From IMG/VR virus record IMGVR_UViG_3300031857_000007: a stretch of 64,000 nucleotides of DNA; one strand, given 5' to 3'. The notes under the pieces were generated by a model that had not been told where the DNA came from, made no database searches, and saw nothing but the letters and a program-made list of their open reading frames with translations. This DNA is from a virus. Taxonomy: Duplodnaviria; Caudoviricetes. Shown in pieces: positions 62,651 to 64,000 of this stretch (positions are counted from its first letter, which is position 1; each line of letters opens with the position of its first letter). A program made the translations under genes and the position numbers.

Positions 62651-63279
62651 GGTTGGCTAGTAATATAATAAAGTTTTGGAATATAAGTATCAATGACAGA
62701 TTGAATTTCAAAAACTTCACCTTTTTTAATTCTTAAATACTTACCAAAATTAAGGTTGGTGAAATTTTCTTGAGTAGGACTTTTATAGGTGATTGTGTTT
62801 AATTCTGATTTATATATTGGATTTGCAAGATAAAGATCTTTGTTTTTATCAACTACTTCTATCGTTTCTCCTGCTGATATTTTTATTTGCTCACCATTTA
62901 AAGTTTTTGCAGAACTTGGACACTCCCACTCCACTCCTTCAGATTCATTTGTGGTAAACAAACTATTAAAATGTAATGAATAGCACCATTTTGAATTATC
63001 TTCTAAGGCAGTTATTAAAACTGCCTTTTGTGGTCTTCTATTAAAAGAGTCTCCAGCATAAACAGTATCGATTACATCCGTTCCTATTTCTTGAAATGTA
63101 AAGCTTCCTTCGGTTGCAAAAGTGCATCCATAATCTTCTATTTGATTATCTTCTCCCAATTCAAGACTAGTTTTTGATAAGTCGCAGGTGATGAATATTT
63201 CACCTTTATTCATAGTCCAATAACTTAACAGCAGTTTATTTTTACTATCTCTAAAATTTTTAAATTCTACTGGTTGCAT
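62647..63279 (-). CDS. Hypothetical beta-rich protein (210 aa), possibly cupin-like
   Basis: TAATG coupling to the upstream adhesin-like gene; fold guessed from the strand pattern only. Confidence 0.65.
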   Translation of the reverse strand: MQPVEFKNFRDSKNKLLLSYWTMNKGEIFITCDLSKTSLELGEDNQIEDYGCTFATEGSFTFQEIGTDVIDTVYAGDSFNRRPQKAVLITALEDNSKWCYSLHFNSLFTTNESEGVEWECPSSAKTLNGEQIKISAGETIEVVDKNKDLYLANPIYKSELNTITYKSPTQENFTNLNFGKYLRIKKGEVFEIQSVIDTYIPKLYYITSQP

Positions 63280-64000
63280 TACCCAACACCTCCTAATCTA
63301 GATCCAGTTACCAACCAAGTTGCAAAACCACTATTAACTATATAGTTGCCTGCCGTCCCTCCGCCACCAGAAGAACTTCCACCATTTTGCCCTAGATTTC
63401 CTCCACTTGCACCAGCAGATCCTGAGGCGCTTGCAGCCCCATTTTGAGAATATCCACCGCCGCCGCCGCCACCGCCGGCAGTTAAATTTCCTGCAGTACC
63501 ACTATTTGCACCAGATCCACCAGATCCGGCAACAGATCCGGCGCCGCCACCACCTCCACCACCATCGGCGCAGGCAGTATCACACCTTTGCTCACAACAA
63601 CCAACTTGCCGACATTGAGTAAAGCAACCACCGCTTCCTGCGCCGCCGCCACCTCCGCCGCCACCGATGGTTCCATTATTTGTAATGAAAGTTGTGAGAT
63701 TTAAAGTTAAAGCTGGACCGCCATTGCTGCCCCCTCCACCATTTGCATTTCCACCATTTCCGCCAGCACCCACAATGTAATTATTATTTGTTAGATAGAG
63801 TGAAGATCCTGCAGGAAAACTGCCGGTATTGAAGGCAGTTGTTGAAGTGTTTGATGCACTTATTGTTCCGTTTACAGTTAAGTAATATTTAACTGGCAGA
63901 TTATTGGTAATAATCGTTGCAATTGATTTATATCCACCCGTAACAGATGCATTTGAAAGGTCATTATAGGCATTGTAATCTGTAGCCGCACCTATAGTTC
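63279..64000 (-). CDS. Gly-rich gp38-like tail-fibre adhesin domain, partial (N-terminus beyond the window end)
   Basis: The frame is open to 63998, so the track start at 63773 is an internal GTG. YIVGAGGNGG..GGPALTL..ITNNGTIGGGGGGGG mirrors the Gly-rich motifs of T2-type gp38. Confidence 0.7.
   Translation of the reverse strand, partial: TIGAATDYNAYNDLSNASVTGGYKSIATIITNNLPVKYYLTVNGTISASNTSTTAFNTGSFPAGSSLYLTNNNYIVGAGGNGGNANGGGGSNGGPALTLNLTTFITNNGTIGGGGGGGGAGSGGCFTQCRQVGCCEQRCDTACADGGGGGGGAGSVAGSGGSGANSGTAGNLTAGGGGGGGGYSQNGAASASGSAGASGGNLGQNGGSSSGGGGTAGNYIVNSGFATWLVTGSRLGGVG

Noticed and set aside
63279-63773. Collagen-like protein
   Set aside because: Glycines occur in runs, not in Gly-X-Y triplets.

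Overview
A 64-kb segment of a T4-like cyanobacterial myovirus, probably infecting picocyanobacteria (host is inferred). Essentially all real genes are on the minus strand. From 1 to about 43.9 kb is an AT-rich late structural region: a cluster of repeat-rich tail-fibre genes, then gp16, gp15, gp14, gp13, a DUF4815/VrlC-like baseplate protein, gp8, a 3987-aa gp7, gp6, gp25 and a glycosyltransferase, with T4-type late promoters (NATAAATA/CTAAATA). At about 44.1 kb the sequence switches abruptly to a GC-richer early region of small ORFs, each behind a sigma70-like promoter that usually carries a shared dyad motif. This region includes a DUF6267 ligase-like protein and an ArdA-like acidic protein. 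A non-coding iteron-like array at 49.6-50.2 kb, an HNH nuclease, a 7-kb accessory island bounded by a duplicated two-gene cassette, an SF2 helicase and two more fibre/adhesin genes follow. The most striking feature is the DUF4815 gene, which is split in two. The gap holds a Gly/Ser tandem-repeat linker, a Peptidase_S74 autocleaving chaperone that is itself split over two coupled ORFs, and a SET-domain methyltransferase. Other highlights are a 54-aa NblA-like ORF missed by the ORF track and the candidate origin array. All family assignments are by motif recognition only; no searches were run.
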